From Squalus acanthias (Eukaryota), in the NCBI GenBank assembly GCA_030390025.1, contig CM059447.1:19964001-20028000 (forward strand): a DNA stretch of 64,000 nucleotides, read 5' to 3'. The notes beneath the pieces were generated by a model, which made no database searches, was not told the DNA's origin, and saw only the letters and a program-made list of their open reading frames with translations. Shown here in pieces: positions 63,677-64,000 of this stretch. The translations under genes and the position numbers were made by a program. Position 1 is the first letter of the stretch; the number at the start of each line of letters is the position of its first letter.

Positions 63677-64000
63677 AAAGTCCCTTTAATTAACAGGAAG
63701 ATTTTGAACTATGTTACTACTTTCAAATCACAAGGATCACAAAATATAATTAATCAGCAAAACAGTTTTACAAACGCTAACAGCTGTTAAAACACTTGCG
63801 AAATCTGCATTGGTCCCCCCAGGATATGTAGTTGCTGCAGCCATTGGCCCACATACAGGTTGCAGACCATAGAAACAACAACACTATTGGCATTTCTCCT
63901 GTCCTGTTGGGCCACATAGCTTGTTTGCAGAAGAGCACGTTCTCGCAGTCAGTTTATTACAAAAAAGAAATGCAGCAATATTTATTGTGCACGGGACCTT

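Overview
Eukaryotic, repeat-rich genomic DNA, most likely from a shark or other cartilaginous fish, judged from Deu-domain SacSINE1-like SINEs, CR1/HER1-type and L2-type LINE ends, Penelope-like elements (PLEs) and many Harbinger/PIF non-autonomous elements. No complete protein-coding gene is visible. The one well-supported host-gene feature is a minus-strand first coding exon (22009-22160) encoding a 47-aa signal-peptide-like N-terminus followed by a phase-1 intron, so much of 1-22000 is probably intronic and 23-64 kb is probably upstream or intergenic. Most ORFs in the track are spurious or transposon remnants. Most notable: (i) two families of PLE-derived repeats carrying minimal type-I hammerhead ribozyme motifs with palindromic helix III, several with intact cores; (ii) a ~1.6 kb fold-back inverted duplication (3362-4936) whose arms have diverged only slightly; (iii) multi-layer nested insertions with readable target-site duplications (TSDs); (iv) recurring TGTCAA-based palindromes inside Harbinger elements. 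All family assignments come from recalled motifs, not database searches.
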